Numbered from the stretch's first letter, positions 1-10,695 are shown. The stretch: DNA of 64,000 bases from Patescibacteria group bacterium (GCA_041650335.1 JBAZLK010000004.1:15990-79989), one strand, 5' to 3'. A program made the numbers and translations. Notes: generated by a model not told the origin, from the letters alone.

Positions 1-39
1 CGCCGCTGAGAAGGAAAAAGAAATAACCACCGTCTAACT

Positions 40-1149
40 ATGATTATAACCATCATCACATTTGTCGTTATCCTTGGGCTGATCGTTTTTGTCCATGAAC
101 TAGGTCATTTTTTAGCAGCGCGAAGAATGGGCGCGGCAGTTGAGGAATTTGGCTTTGGCTTGCCGCCGAAGATTATCGGCATAAAGAAAAAAGATACCTT
201 GTATTCACTGAACTGGATACCCGTCGGCGGCTTTGTGAAGATAAAAGGCGAGGACGGTGCCGATCCAAACGATCAGAAAAGCTTCGCCTCAAAAAAAGTC
301 TGGCAGCGCATATTTATGCTCTCCGCCGGCGTGGCTATGAACGTGGTGCTGGCGATGGTCCTATTTTCAATCGGTTTTGGCGTTGGTTTGCCCAGTACGC
401 TCGGCGATAATATGGGCTCAGCCAAGGTACGAGATCAGAAGGTTCAGATTATCGAAGTGGCCAAGAACACACCGGCCGAAAAAGCCGGGCTTGTTTCGGG
501 CGATCAGATTGTAAAAATTGACAACGTGTCGATTGCCACAGTCGACCAGGTCCAAAATTACAACCGCGATAAGGTTGGGCTAACCGAGACGCTGACCTAT
601 AAACACTTAAACAAGGAAAAAACCGTTACCTTAACGCTTGAAAACCTTGATGCCACCGGTGAAGGGAAAATGGGCGCCACGTTGGTTGAAACAGGCATTA
701 TCTCATATCCTTGGTATGACGCGATTTGGCGCGGCATAAAGACCACTTTTGAAATAATCTGGGTAATATTAGTAGCCTTCTACCAGTTGATTAATAATTG
801 GCTGACCGGACAACCGACCGGCGCGGATGTCTCTGGCCCGATCGGAATTGCGGTCTTAACCGGACAAGTCGCTCAGTTGGGCTTTGCCTATTTAATACAA
901 TTTACCGCCCTCTTATCGCTGAATCTCGCGATTATTAATTTTATCCCGTTCCCGGCACTTGACGGCGGCCGCGTCCTTTTCGTTGTGATCGAAAAAATAC
1001 GTGGCAAGCAGATTAATCGGCGGGTTGAAGCAATGATTCATAATGTCGGGTTTACCGTCCTGATGCTGCTGATCGTACTCATTACATTGCGTGATCTTAA
1101 TCGTTTTAAAGACAACATTTTCGGATTTATTAAGAATATCTTTGGCTGA
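40..1149 (+). CDS. rseP: RIP metalloprotease RseP (site-2 protease, M50 family) with PDZ domain
   Basis: HELGHF zinc-binding motif near N-terminus, multiple TM helices, internal PDZ-like segment, LDGG motif near C-terminus; 369 aa typical length. Confidence 0.85.
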   Translation: MIITIITFVVILGLIVFVHELGHFLAARRMGAAVEEFGFGLPPKIIGIKKKDTLYSLNWIPVGGFVKIKGEDGADPNDQKSFASKKVWQRIFMLSAGVAMNVVLAMVLFSIGFGVGLPSTLGDNMGSAKVRDQKVQIIEVAKNTPAEKAGLVSGDQIVKIDNVSIATVDQVQNYNRDKVGLTETLTYKHLNKEKTVTLTLENLDATGEGKMGATLVETGIISYPWYDAIWRGIKTTFEIIWVILVAFYQLINNWLTGQPTGADVSGPIGIAVLTGQVAQLGFAYLIQFTALLSLNLAIINFIPFPALDGGRVLFVVIEKIRGKQINRRVEAMIHNVGFTVLMLLIVLITLRDLNRFKDNIFGFIKNIFG

Positions 1150-1400
1150 AGCACCTTGGCATTTCTTTATTCCGACGAAAATTATCGATTGCTGGCCAAA
1201 AAAATGTATGACTTGCGCGAAAAAGGGCAATGAGATACTATTCGGTGACTGAAATATAGACCCGTGCGAGAAGCTGTAAGTTGCTGATTTGTAGGGAATT
1301 CCGCATCGGCTGGCAGTATTCCACAAAAACAGAAAATCAAATTGGGGTTAAAGACGATCAGCGCATCAGCCCAGAATGAAGTAATGAATTTACTGGATCC

Positions 1401-2453
1401 ATGATCAATATCTTCAATCGTTTTTTCGGGCGCTTCTCAAAAGACATGGGAATTGATTTGGGTACCTCAAATACGCTTGTCTATATAAAGGACAAGGGGA
1501 TTGTGATCAATGAACCGTCAATTGTCGCGATAAACACGCGCACCGATCAAATCGTTGCCGTCGGCGAAGAAGCACGCCGGATGGTCGGAAAAACGCCCGC
1601 CCATATCGTGGCTAGCAAAGCCTTGATTCATGGCGTAATTTCTGACTTTGAAATTACCGAACGGATGCTCCGTCATTTTATCGAAAAGGTCCATCGAGAA
1701 ACCTATACCGTGGTGCCTCGGCCGAGAATAGTGATTGGAGTGCCGCAAGGGATAACCGAAGTGGAACTAAAAGCCGTTGAAGACGCGACGCTGAACGCTG
1801 GCGCGCGCCAGGTTTTCTTGATTGAGGAACCGATGGCGGCGGCGATCGGGGCGCGGTTACCGATTCAAGACGCTTCCGGGAACATGATTGTCGATATCGG
1901 TGGGGGAACGACGGAAATAGCCGTAATTTCACTGGGCGGCATCATCACCTGGCGCTCGCTCAGGATTGCCGGGGACGAGCTGGACCAAAACATCATTCAG
2001 TACGCCCGCGAAAACTTCAATCTACTCCTGGGTGAACAAACGGCTGAAAACGTAAAAATAAAGGTTGCCATGGTTGGCGATATCTCCGAACCGCTCGAAA
2101 CGAAGATGCGCGGCCGCGATCTCTTATCGGGTTTACCCCGAGAGGTTACAATCAATAGTTATCATGTTCAGGAAGCGATCCAGCGCTCAATTCGGATGAT
2201 AATCGAAAATATTAAAGACACCATTGAATCAACGCCGCCAGAATTAGTAGCCGATATCTTCGAGCGTGGCTTAGTATTGACCGGCGGCGGCGCATTGCTG
2301 CGGGGGCTCGACCGTGTCATCCAACATGAAACACAAATACCGGTTCATATTGCCGACGATCCCTTGACCTGCCTTGTCCGGGGCACCGGCATCGTGCTTG
2401 AGGATCTTGATAATCTCAAAGGCATTCTTTCGTTGTCTACTCACGAGGAATAG
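1401..2453 (+). CDS. mreB: Rod shape-determining actin homolog MreB
   Basis: DMGIDLGTSNTLVY phosphate-1 motif, DIGGGTTE phosphate-2, LTGGGALLRGLD; 350 aa; followed by mreC/mreD. Confidence 0.9.
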   Translation: MINIFNRFFGRFSKDMGIDLGTSNTLVYIKDKGIVINEPSIVAINTRTDQIVAVGEEARRMVGKTPAHIVASKALIHGVISDFEITERMLRHFIEKVHRETYTVVPRPRIVIGVPQGITEVELKAVEDATLNAGARQVFLIEEPMAAAIGARLPIQDASGNMIVDIGGGTTEIAVISLGGIITWRSLRIAGDELDQNIIQYARENFNLLLGEQTAENVKIKVAMVGDISEPLETKMRGRDLLSGLPREVTINSYHVQEAIQRSIRMIIENIKDTIESTPPELVADIFERGLVLTGGGALLRGLDRVIQHETQIPVHIADDPLTCLVRGTGIVLEDLDNLKGILSLSTHEE

Positions 2454-2459
2454 ATTCCT

Positions 2460-3275
2460 ATGAAAAAAAGATATACCCTTATCGGCGGTATTATTATTCT
2501 GGCTCTGATTGTCGTTTTTTTATTTCGAACAAGCGGCATCTTTAATCCGCTGACCGATCTTGTGACGGTTATCTTGAAACCGATCCAGGGCAATACGTTT
2601 ATCTTTTCGAGCACGATTCACAAATATCTGGAAAAGAGGCAGTCGTACGAAGACCTCCGGAAAGAAAACGAAAGTCTGCGCGCTGAGCGAGACAAATTGA
2701 TCCAAGATAAGAGTCTTTTGGACTCAGAAATACGAGAACTCACAATCACGCGTCAAGAAGAAGAGTTTCTAAAAAATAAAGGGTATCATGGAGTTGTTTC
2801 GCGAATCATCGGACGTACCAGCGACTCGATGACGGAGGAGATACTGATAAACATCGGAAAGAATAATGGTATCAACGAGGGGTATGCCGTTATTTCACAA
2901 AACGGCTATTTAATCGGCAAGGTCATAGAATCACGCGATTCAATCTCAAAAGTGCGTCTCATCATCGACCGGCAAAGTGAGGTTGCCGCAACCGTTCAGA
3001 ATGATACGAGCGCGCCCGGCATCGTCATTGGACAACACGGTCTCTCGCTCGAAATGCAACTTATTCCGCAAAATGAAGTAATCACGCGCGATCAGGTTGT
3101 TATTACCTCCGGACTAGAGTCCAATATACCGCAGGGGATCGTGATTGGAACGATCAGTTCCACGGCCATTAATCCAGGCGATATCTTTCAGAGTGCGGTT
3201 GTGACATCGCCAATCAGGTTTGACCACCTCCAGATTACCTCAGTTATTATTCCGCAAACGATAATCAATGATTAA
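2460..3275 (+). CDS. mreC: Rod shape-determining protein MreC
   Basis: N-terminal TM, coiled-coil (LRKENESLRAERDKL), C-terminal beta domain; position between mreB and mreD. Confidence 0.7.
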   Translation: MKKRYTLIGGIIILALIVVFLFRTSGIFNPLTDLVTVILKPIQGNTFIFSSTIHKYLEKRQSYEDLRKENESLRAERDKLIQDKSLLDSEIRELTITRQEEEFLKNKGYHGVVSRIIGRTSDSMTEEILINIGKNNGINEGYAVISQNGYLIGKVIESRDSISKVRLIIDRQSEVAATVQNDTSAPGIVIGQHGLSLEMQLIPQNEVITRDQVVITSGLESNIPQGIVIGTISSTAINPGDIFQSAVVTSPIRFDHLQITSVIIPQTIIND

Positions 3276-3789
3276 ACAACTCGGGATATTATTACTCGTT
3301 TTGTTTTTCGTAATTGCGCAAACATCGATTGTGCCAATATTTTTTCCGCTTCCCTCGGGCATCAATGTGTTGATTATTGCCATCCTGTATTTTCTCATCA
3401 CGTTGAAAACGAGGAATTATTTTATTTGGACGGCGATACTCGGCTTACTGGCAGACATATTTTCAAGCCTACCGGTCGGTGTCATTACCATTTCGTTGCT
3501 TGGCACGGCCTTGGTAGCGTATCTTCTCTATTTGAATTATTTTTCACATCGCACCGGACTGACGCTTATCTTATTGGTAGTTCTGATGTGCGCTGTCTAT
3601 GCCCTTTTATTATATGGCATTTCGCAAGCCTGGATCTTTATCGCCTCGAACCCGACGCATCTCGTATTCAACCCGTTGGCGATACTGAGTCAGACGTTTG
3701 CCACGACGGTGACATGTGTTTTGTGTTACCTGGTTTTCAACCAGGCCGTAAAGCGTTTTCGTGATCGATTCCTTATTCAGAAATCATAA
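3268..3789 (+). CDS. mreD: Rod shape-determining protein MreD (polytopic membrane protein)
   Basis: 173 aa, about 5 TM helices, 8-nt overlap with mreC, followed by PBP2. Confidence 0.55.
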   Translation: MIKQLGILLLVLFFVIAQTSIVPIFFPLPSGINVLIIAILYFLITLKTRNYFIWTAILGLLADIFSSLPVGVITISLLGTALVAYLLYLNYFSHRTGLTLILLVVLMCAVYALLLYGISQAWIFIASNPTHLVFNPLAILSQTFATTVTCVLCYLVFNQAVKRFRDRFLIQKS

Positions 3790-3795
3790 TTCCTT

Positions 3796-5748
3796 ATGTC
3801 ATCAAACCCGTTTGAAATATACGGTCAAACTGACGATATAAAGAAACGTCTGGTCAGAGACTATAATTTTAATCATTCGCAAGGCGACGAATACCGGCCC
3901 GAGGACGCGGAACGGGAATCACTACGCCTTCATGTTCCCTTTGGAAAGCTGAATATTATCATTTACATCATCATTGCTTGTTTTGTTACCCTTGGAGTGC
4001 GCACGATCGAATTGCAGATGGCTCAGGGCGCCCAGTACCGTGAAATTGCCGAAGGCAATCGCGTCCGCATTCAGTGGATTAAACCGCCCCGGGGATTAAT
4101 CCTTGATCGAAACGAAAAGCCGCTAGTTGAAAACGTCCCAAACTTTACCCTTTTTGTCGTTCCGGGCGATTTGCCCAAGGATATTACTGAACGCGTCCAC
4201 GTGCTCACCAGCGTCTCAAAAACTCTGGATTTAGATGAAAAGGCCATCCAGGAGAAGGTTGAAAGCTATTTAACCGAGGTGAGCAAAAACGATCAGAAGA
4301 AAATGACTGTTTATCAGCCGCTCATGGTCGCGGAGCATATTGATATCAATCATGCGATCAAGCTGAAAATCGAAAGTAATCAACTGCCGGGTATTGCGAT
4401 CTCGGCTGAATCAGGCAGAAAATATCTCGGCGGAAACATATTTTCAAATATTCTTGGGTATACCGGAAAAATAAACGAAGCGGAACAAACGAACTATCTC
4501 GATAAAAATTATCAAGCGGATGACGTTATCGGCAAGGTTGGGGTAGAAAAATATTATGAAGATGTGCTGCGAGGCACCTATGGACGTAATCACGTTGAGG
4601 TCGACTCAATGGGCAAAGTAAAAAAAGTGATCGCCTCAGAACAGCCGCAGCCAGGCCAGAACCTTATTTTGTCGATTGACAAAGATTACCAAGGCAAGCT
4701 TCAACAATTACTCGATGATCAGGTGAATCGTCTCCAAAAAACTGGCGGGGCCGCGATTGCCCTCGATCCGCGCAATGGTGAGATTCTCGCCCTCGTTACC
4801 TCGCCCACCTATGATAACAATATTTTTTCGGGTGGCCTGACGAATGAAAAGTATCAGCAATTAATTTCCGATCCGAGGCAACCCTTGTTTAATCGGCCGC
4901 TCAGCGGCGAATATCCATCCGGCTCGACGATCAAGCCTCTCATTGCAAGTGCAGCGTTAAACGAGGGAAATATCACGTCGAGCACGACGGTCACGAGCAC
5001 TGGCGGTATTAAGGTCGACAAATGGTTCTTCCCCGATTGGAAGGCTGGCGGCCACGGTGTCACGAACCTGTCAAAGGCATTATCAGAATCAGTCAACACA
5101 TTCTTCTATGCGATCGGTGGCGGCTACGAAGATATTAAGGGCTTAGGCGTGGAGAAGATAAAAGAATATGCCGATACGTTTGGTTTCGGGAAGACGCTCG
5201 GCATCGATGTCAGCGGTGAGGCGACTGGATTTCTACCGGATAAAGAATGGAAAGAAAGAGTCAAGAATGAAAGCTGGTACATCGGCGATACCTACCACCT
5301 CGCCATCGGCCAAGGCGATCTGCTCGTGACGCCGCTCCAAATTGCAAATCTGACGGCGATCATGGCAAATGGCGGCACTTTTTACCAGCCGCACGTGGTT
5401 CGATCAACCGTCGATCCGATAACTCATGCTGTTACGTATCAAAATCCTCGGGTTATTGAAGAACAAATATTGCCAAAATCATCGATCCAGCCGGTCCGGC
5501 AGGGATTACGTGAAGGCGTGCTGACAGGCAGTTCCCGCTCACTTCAGGATTTGCCAGTAACGTCAGCTGGAAAAACAGGCACGGCTCAGTATTCTGACGA
5601 TAAAACGCACGCTTGGTTTACTGGTTTTGCGCCGTATGATAATCCAGAGATTGTCATAACTGTTTTGGTTGAGGGGGGCGGTGAAGGAAATGCCGTTGCC
5701 CTGCCTGTTGCCAAGGATTTTCTTACTTGGTATTATGGTAAACGATAG
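3796..5748 (+). CDS. mrdA: Penicillin-binding protein 2 (peptidoglycan D,D-transpeptidase)
   Basis: N-terminal TM anchor, SxxK (GSTIKP), SxN (SESVN), KTG(T) (AGKTGTA) transpeptidase motifs; 650 aa; mreBCD context. Confidence 0.85.
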   Translation: MSSNPFEIYGQTDDIKKRLVRDYNFNHSQGDEYRPEDAERESLRLHVPFGKLNIIIYIIIACFVTLGVRTIELQMAQGAQYREIAEGNRVRIQWIKPPRGLILDRNEKPLVENVPNFTLFVVPGDLPKDITERVHVLTSVSKTLDLDEKAIQEKVESYLTEVSKNDQKKMTVYQPLMVAEHIDINHAIKLKIESNQLPGIAISAESGRKYLGGNIFSNILGYTGKINEAEQTNYLDKNYQADDVIGKVGVEKYYEDVLRGTYGRNHVEVDSMGKVKKVIASEQPQPGQNLILSIDKDYQGKLQQLLDDQVNRLQKTGGAAIALDPRNGEILALVTSPTYDNNIFSGGLTNEKYQQLISDPRQPLFNRPLSGEYPSGSTIKPLIASAALNEGNITSSTTVTSTGGIKVDKWFFPDWKAGGHGVTNLSKALSESVNTFFYAIGGGYEDIKGLGVEKIKEYADTFGFGKTLGIDVSGEATGFLPDKEWKERVKNESWYIGDTYHLAIGQGDLLVTPLQIANLTAIMANGGTFYQPHVVRSTVDPITHAVTYQNPRVIEEQILPKSSIQPVRQGLREGVLTGSSRSLQDLPVTSAGKTGTAQYSDDKTHAWFTGFAPYDNPEIVITVLVEGGGEGNAVALPVAKDFLTWYYGKR

Positions 5749-5764
5749 TTATGTGGATAAGTCT

Positions 5765-5793
5765 ATTGACAAAAGACGGTATTTGTTTTAAAT
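5765..5793 (+). promoter_or_regulatory. Candidate sigma70-type promoter for greA (TTGACA-17 nt-TAAATT)
   Basis: TTGACA at 5765-5770, 17-nt spacer, TAAATT at 5788-5793, about 70 nt upstream of greA start. Confidence 0.35.
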
Positions 5794-5864
5794 TATCTTC
5801 TGCTTAAATTTCCGAATAAAATATTTTAGTTGCATGAAGGGCTTTTTTTAAAAAACGAAATATC

Positions 5865-6341
5865 ATGGCTGACAAAAAAACATATATAACGAGCGAAGGC
5901 TTTATTAAGTTGAAGAAGGAGCTCGATGATTTAAAGAACATCAAGCGGAAAGAAATTGCCGATCGTATTCAGGATGCGAAAGAGTTGGGGGATCTATCGG
6001 AAAATGCGGAATATGCCGAGGCAAAAAACGAACAGTCGTTTGTTGAAGGAAGAATCGCTCAATTAGAGAATCTCTTGAAAAACGTGACTATTATCGATAA
6101 TAGCAGCGTCGTTCAAGGCAAGGACAATACTGTCCATGTTGGCTGTCACGTCGAACTGGAGGCTCACAACAAAAAGCTTTCCTATACAATCGTCGGATCA
6201 AATGAGGCTGATCCGGAAAAGGGCTTAATTTCAAACGAATCACCCCTTGGTCAGGCTTTTCTGGGACACAAGATCGGCGAACAAATAGAGATAGAGGTAC
6301 CGTCCGGAAAGGTTATCTATAAAATTCTCGGGATCAAATAG
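5865..6341 (+). CDS. greA: Transcription elongation factor GreA
   Basis: 158 aa; N-terminal coiled coil with conserved acidic tip (LSENAEYAEAK), C-terminal FKBP-like domain. Confidence 0.85.
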   Translation: MADKKTYITSEGFIKLKKELDDLKNIKRKEIADRIQDAKELGDLSENAEYAEAKNEQSFVEGRIAQLENLLKNVTIIDNSSVVQGKDNTVHVGCHVELEAHNKKLSYTIVGSNEADPEKGLISNESPLGQAFLGHKIGEQIEIEVPSGKVIYKILGIK

Positions 6342-6404
6342 ACAGACAACAAAAAAAGTCATCCAAATCGGGTGATTTTTTTTGATTTCATAGCCCAAAA
6401 TAGG

Positions 6405-6433
6405 TACGTTTTTCTTGAAAAAATTCGACAAAT
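6405..6433 (+). promoter_or_regulatory. Candidate promoter (TTGAAA-17 nt-TAAAAT) for downstream sensor-like gene
   Basis: TTGAAA 6405-6410, 17-nt spacer, TAAAAT 6428-6433, about 35 nt upstream of ATG 6469. Confidence 0.35.
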
Positions 6434-6468
6434 GAAGTAAAATATGGGTATTATCCTAAACCAAAAAA

Positions 6469-7371
6469 ATGGCACAATCGTTCCACGCCGATTCCAGCGA
6501 GACCGCCTATCGTTTTTATAATCGTCACACATTTTATCGACTAATACTGCTTTTTATCGGAATTACGATTATTGTTGATTTTGCGATCTACATTGCCCAA
6601 ACAAAGAACCTCATGAATGAAACGCAAGAGGACCTGAGGAATATCGCCGTCGTCGTGGCGAAAAATATTCCAGTCGAACAGCACGAGCGGCTTAGGCAAT
6701 CATCCCAGCAAGATTCAACCGATTACAAAACCATCGAATTTTATTTCAAATCCGTCATTGACGGAAATCCGAAGATCGACGACGTCTACACCCTCCGGCC
6801 GACGAGCAAAAATCATGTCATGACTTTTGTCGTCAGCGGCATGACCACGCATGATAAAAACGGGGATGGCACGATTGACGAATCCGAGCAAAAACCAGTC
6901 TTAGGGGAAGCATACAACACCGCTGATTATCCTGATTTGGAAAAGGGCCTTACAGAGCCGAGCGTCGATAAAGAAGTGACCTATGATAAATGGGGGACGT
7001 GGCTTTCCGGCTATGCTCCGATACGGAATACAGCTGGCAATTCGGTCGGCCTGGTTGGGGTTGATATGTCGGCCCAATATCTATCCGAACAACGGATGTC
7101 TATGTTGATGTCCATCGTCTGGTCAAACTGTGCGATCCTTCCTTTGTTACTTGTGGCTGGCTACTTTATGAGCCGGCGGATCAGCCGCCCGTTTTCACTC
7201 CTGGCTGACGGCATGGAAAAAGTTTCGCATGGCAATTATGATTATCAATTGCCCATAAAAGGGAAAGGGGATGCGAACGTTTTTGCTCATCTCTTTAACA
7301 ATATTGTTAACATGTGCAATGATATAAAGCGCGTTGACCCGTCTGCACCTAAGAATAAAATGTCCAAATAA
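6469..7371 (+). CDS. Membrane sensor-like protein: TM - Cache-like periplasmic domain - TM - HAMP, no output domain
   Basis: two hydrophobic segments flanking a segment with Cache-like signature (YAPIRNTAGNSVGLVGVDMS); HAMP-like helix after second TM (SRRISRPFSLLADGMEKVSHGNYDY); ORF ends right after HAMP. Confidence 0.4.
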   Translation: MAQSFHADSSETAYRFYNRHTFYRLILLFIGITIIVDFAIYIAQTKNLMNETQEDLRNIAVVVAKNIPVEQHERLRQSSQQDSTDYKTIEFYFKSVIDGNPKIDDVYTLRPTSKNHVMTFVVSGMTTHDKNGDGTIDESEQKPVLGEAYNTADYPDLEKGLTEPSVDKEVTYDKWGTWLSGYAPIRNTAGNSVGLVGVDMSAQYLSEQRMSMLMSIVWSNCAILPLLLVAGYFMSRRISRPFSLLADGMEKVSHGNYDYQLPIKGKGDANVFAHLFNNIVNMCNDIKRVDPSAPKNKMSK

Positions 7372-7373
7372 AT

Positions 7374-8855
7374 ATGAGCCGTTTAGATGAAAGCCGCGTT
7401 CTCCGGCTAGAAAAATTACACTCGCTTGAAAAAGCCGGCGTCCAGCCCTATCCGGCGAAGAGTGAACGGACGACAACGATTGTTCAAGCAATCAATAATT
7501 TTCAGGCATACGAGGACAGTAAAAAAATGATTACCGTGTCGGGACGCATCAGATCGGTTCGTCGACACGGCGGTTCGTCTTTTTATGATCTCGAAGACGG
7601 GACGGGCAGCTTCCAAATATTTTGTAAACTTGACCGTCTCGGCAAAGAGAAGTATGAACAGCTACGCGATTGTATTGATACGGGTGACATCGTTGAATTT
7701 ACCGGCACCGTATTTAAGACGAAGCAGGGGCAACCGACACTCGACGCGACGACGTACCATTTGTTAGCCAAGGCGTTGCGCGCAATGCCCGAGGCCCATT
7801 TCGGGCTCAAAGATGTCGAAACACGTCTCCGGAAGCGGTATCTCGATCTGGCGGTAAACCCAAAAACACGTGACCTTTTTGTTAAGAAATCCATCTTTTG
7901 GCAAGCGATCCGTTCGTTCATGATAAAGAATGGTTTTCTAGAAGTTGAAACACCAGTGCTGGAAAACGTACCGGGTGGCGCCGAGGCCGAGCCGTTTATC
8001 ACGCATCACAATACGTTGCATCGCGATCTCTTTTTACGCATTTCACTTGAACTGCCGTTAAAAAGACTCCTGGTTGGCGGCTATGAAAAAGTGTTTGAGA
8101 TCGGCCGCATTTTCCGGAACGAAGGCATTTCGACGGAACACCTCCAAGACTATACGCAACTGGAATTTTATTGGTCGTATGCCGACTATCATCAATTGAT
8201 GGAGTTTGTTCAGCGTTTGTATCGAGAGGTGATAAAGAAAGTGACGGGCTCGCTGGTCGTGGTGAACAACAATCAAACCATTGATTGGAAAAAGGCCTGG
8301 GTAAAATACGACTACTACAACGAATTTAAGAAGTATACCGGATGTAATCTCGAGAAGGCCACTGACGAAGAACTACGTCAATTTGCCAAAAAGCAAGGCA
8401 TTACCCTTGAAACGTATGTTGGCCGTGGCCGATTGATCGACGCAATTTACAAAAAATGCGTCCGGCCAAAACTGGTCCAGCCCGGTTTTCTCATGGATCC
8501 GCCGGCGGTCGTCGAACCATTGGCGAAACGACGCGTTGACGCGCCTGATCGCGTTCAACGGTTTCAGGTTGTCGCCTGGGGCACGGAGCTTGGCAAAGGA
8601 TTTTCCGAATTAAATGATCCGCTTGATCAGCGGAAACGTTTTGAAGAGCAGATGTCGCTCCGCGCGGCCGGTGATAAGGAGGCGCAACGCCTCGATGAAG
8701 ACTATTTAGAGGCGTTGGAATATGGAATGCCGCCAGCGGCCGGCTTTGGTCTATCGGAACGCCTTTTCGCCGTCATCATGGATAAGCCGGTTCGCGAAAC
8801 TGTTCTTTTTCCGCCGATGAAAGAATACGAAAAAGAAACACATGAATCGAACTGA
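7374..8855 (+). CDS. lysS: Lysyl-tRNA synthetase, class II
   Basis: N-terminal OB anticodon-binding domain, class II motifs (FRNEG, GGGLGIDRL-like GFGLSERLFAV), 493 aa. Confidence 0.9.
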   Translation: MSRLDESRVLRLEKLHSLEKAGVQPYPAKSERTTTIVQAINNFQAYEDSKKMITVSGRIRSVRRHGGSSFYDLEDGTGSFQIFCKLDRLGKEKYEQLRDCIDTGDIVEFTGTVFKTKQGQPTLDATTYHLLAKALRAMPEAHFGLKDVETRLRKRYLDLAVNPKTRDLFVKKSIFWQAIRSFMIKNGFLEVETPVLENVPGGAEAEPFITHHNTLHRDLFLRISLELPLKRLLVGGYEKVFEIGRIFRNEGISTEHLQDYTQLEFYWSYADYHQLMEFVQRLYREVIKKVTGSLVVVNNNQTIDWKKAWVKYDYYNEFKKYTGCNLEKATDEELRQFAKKQGITLETYVGRGRLIDAIYKKCVRPKLVQPGFLMDPPAVVEPLAKRRVDAPDRVQRFQVVAWGTELGKGFSELNDPLDQRKRFEEQMSLRAAGDKEAQRLDEDYLEALEYGMPPAAGFGLSERLFAVIMDKPVRETVLFPPMKEYEKETHESN

Positions 8856-9393
8856 GTCATATACATTACTTCAGGAGTACACAAAAACGCCAAACCTGCT
8901 GAAGCATGGTTTGGCGGTTGAGGCAGCAATGCGCTGGTATGCAATAAAAAACAATGCGAACGAAGAGCTTTGGAGTATTACCGGACTGTTGCATGATTTT
9001 GACTATGAAATGTTTCCGCTGGCGCCGGATCACCCGCTCAGAGGGGCGGAAATTCTCCGGGCGCGCGGATATCCGGACGAAATCATTGATGCTATCCTCG
9101 GCCATGCTGATTATTCCGGCGTTCCGCGTTTAACCAAAATGGCGAAAACGTTATTTGCCTGTGACGAATTGTGCGGCTTGATTGTCGCCGTCGCCCTGGT
9201 TCGGCCTTCGAAAAAACTCGCCGACGTTACCTTTGAATCGGTCAAGAAAAAGATGAAGGACAAGGCGTTCGCGCGCCAAATACGGCGCGAGGATATTATT
9301 CAGGGCGCGAACGAAATAGACGTTCCGCTCGATGAGCATATCAATAATTGCCTGACCGCCCTCCAATCAGTCTCCCAAGAATTAGAGTTATAA
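8842..9393 (+). CDS. HD/HDIG-domain phosphohydrolase
   Basis: 183 aa; H..LLHDFD metal-binding HD motif, GHAD motif. Confidence 0.55.
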   Translation: MNRTESYTLLQEYTKTPNLLKHGLAVEAAMRWYAIKNNANEELWSITGLLHDFDYEMFPLAPDHPLRGAEILRARGYPDEIIDAILGHADYSGVPRLTKMAKTLFACDELCGLIVAVALVRPSKKLADVTFESVKKKMKDKAFARQIRREDIIQGANEIDVPLDEHINNCLTALQSVSQELEL

Positions 9394-9399
9394 AATACT

Positions 9400-10695
9400 A
9401 TGCTCGACATAAAAAAAATTCGTTTAGAGCCTGACCGCTATGCTGACGGTTTAAAAAATCGTGGCTGTACCGTTGCAATACCGAAATTGCTAAAAATTGA
9501 CGATGAGCGAAAACTCCTTATCGCCAAGGTAGACGATTTGCGCGCGGCCATGAATAAATCGGCTCGGGAAATCAGCGCGGCGAATGCATCGGAAAAACAA
9601 GCCAAGATTTTGACTGCCCAGAAACTCAAGGAGTCTTTAAAGTCTTCTGAGAAAGCCCTAGAGCTCGCCAGCGAAGAGTTTACAGCCATTATGTATAAAT
9701 TGCCGAACCTCCCCTTTGGTGATGTGCCGGTGGGCAAAAATGAGGCCGATAATAAGGTTTTACGTAACGTTGGCCAAAAAAAGACATTTTCGTATAAACC
9801 AAAGGATTATTTTGAAATAGCGACCAATCTTGATCTGATCGATACTGATCGCGCTGCCCGCGTTTCGGGAACGCGTTTTGGCTACCTCAAAGGACAGCTT
9901 GTCATGGCACAGTTCGCCCTGATCCAATTCACGCTGTCTCGATTAACAAACGAAGCGTGGCTGTCAAAGGTTATCAAGAAGGCAAAATTGTCCGTGCCAT
10001 CACAGGCATTTGTTCCGGTTCTGCCGCCTGACATGATTCGCATGGAAGTGTTCAGAGCCATGGGCAAACTCGATCCCGGACAAGAAGAAGAACGCTATCA
10101 TCTCCCAAAGGACAACCTCTATCTCATCGGCAGCGCGGAACATACACTCGGTCCATACTTTCTAAACGAAACCCTCAAAGCAGAACAACTGCCGGTACGG
10201 TTCATTGGGTACTCGACAAATTTCCGGCGTGAAGCGGGTAGCTACGGTAAGGACACCAAGGGCATATTGCGCGTTCATCAATTCGACAAGCTGGAAATGT
10301 TTTCATTCTCCCGACCTGATTTATCGAGAGAGGAACATCGCTTTTTCCTCGCCATCCAGGAAACGCTGATGCAGGAGTTGAAACTACCATATCGCGTTGT
10401 TCATGTCTGCACCGGCGACATGGTTTCAACGGACGCGGAACAATTTGACATTGAGAGCTGGCTGCCTGGTCAAAACAACGGAACAGGGGAGTACCGAGAA
10501 ACCCATTCAACGTCAAACTCAACTGACTTTCAAGCCCGGCGTTTGAATACCAAATATTCAGACGGTAAGCATTCCGAACTGGTCCACACCATCAACGGGA
10601 CGGCTTTTGCCATGGGACGGACGCTGGTCGCCCTTATCGAAAACTATCAAACGGAGAAGGGCGGCCTGGCGTTGCCAAAGATATTAATGAAATAA
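9400..10695 (+). CDS. serS: Seryl-tRNA synthetase
   Basis: N-terminal long coiled-coil arm, class II core (FRREAGS, GSAEHTLG-like), 431 aa. Confidence 0.9.
   Translation: MLDIKKIRLEPDRYADGLKNRGCTVAIPKLLKIDDERKLLIAKVDDLRAAMNKSAREISAANASEKQAKILTAQKLKESLKSSEKALELASEEFTAIMYKLPNLPFGDVPVGKNEADNKVLRNVGQKKTFSYKPKDYFEIATNLDLIDTDRAARVSGTRFGYLKGQLVMAQFALIQFTLSRLTNEAWLSKVIKKAKLSVPSQAFVPVLPPDMIRMEVFRAMGKLDPGQEEERYHLPKDNLYLIGSAEHTLGPYFLNETLKAEQLPVRFIGYSTNFRREAGSYGKDTKGILRVHQFDKLEMFSFSRPDLSREEHRFFLAIQETLMQELKLPYRVVHVCTGDMVSTDAEQFDIESWLPGQNNGTGEYRETHSTSNSTDFQARRLNTKYSDGKHSELVHTINGTAFAMGRTLVALIENYQTEKGGLALPKILMK

Noticed and set aside
1150-1400. 250-nt intergenic gap between rseP and mreB examined for tRNA or small RNA
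   Set aside because: No cloverleaf-compatible inverted repeats or conserved T-loop (GTTCGAATC-like) were found. It is likely just a promoter or UTR region.
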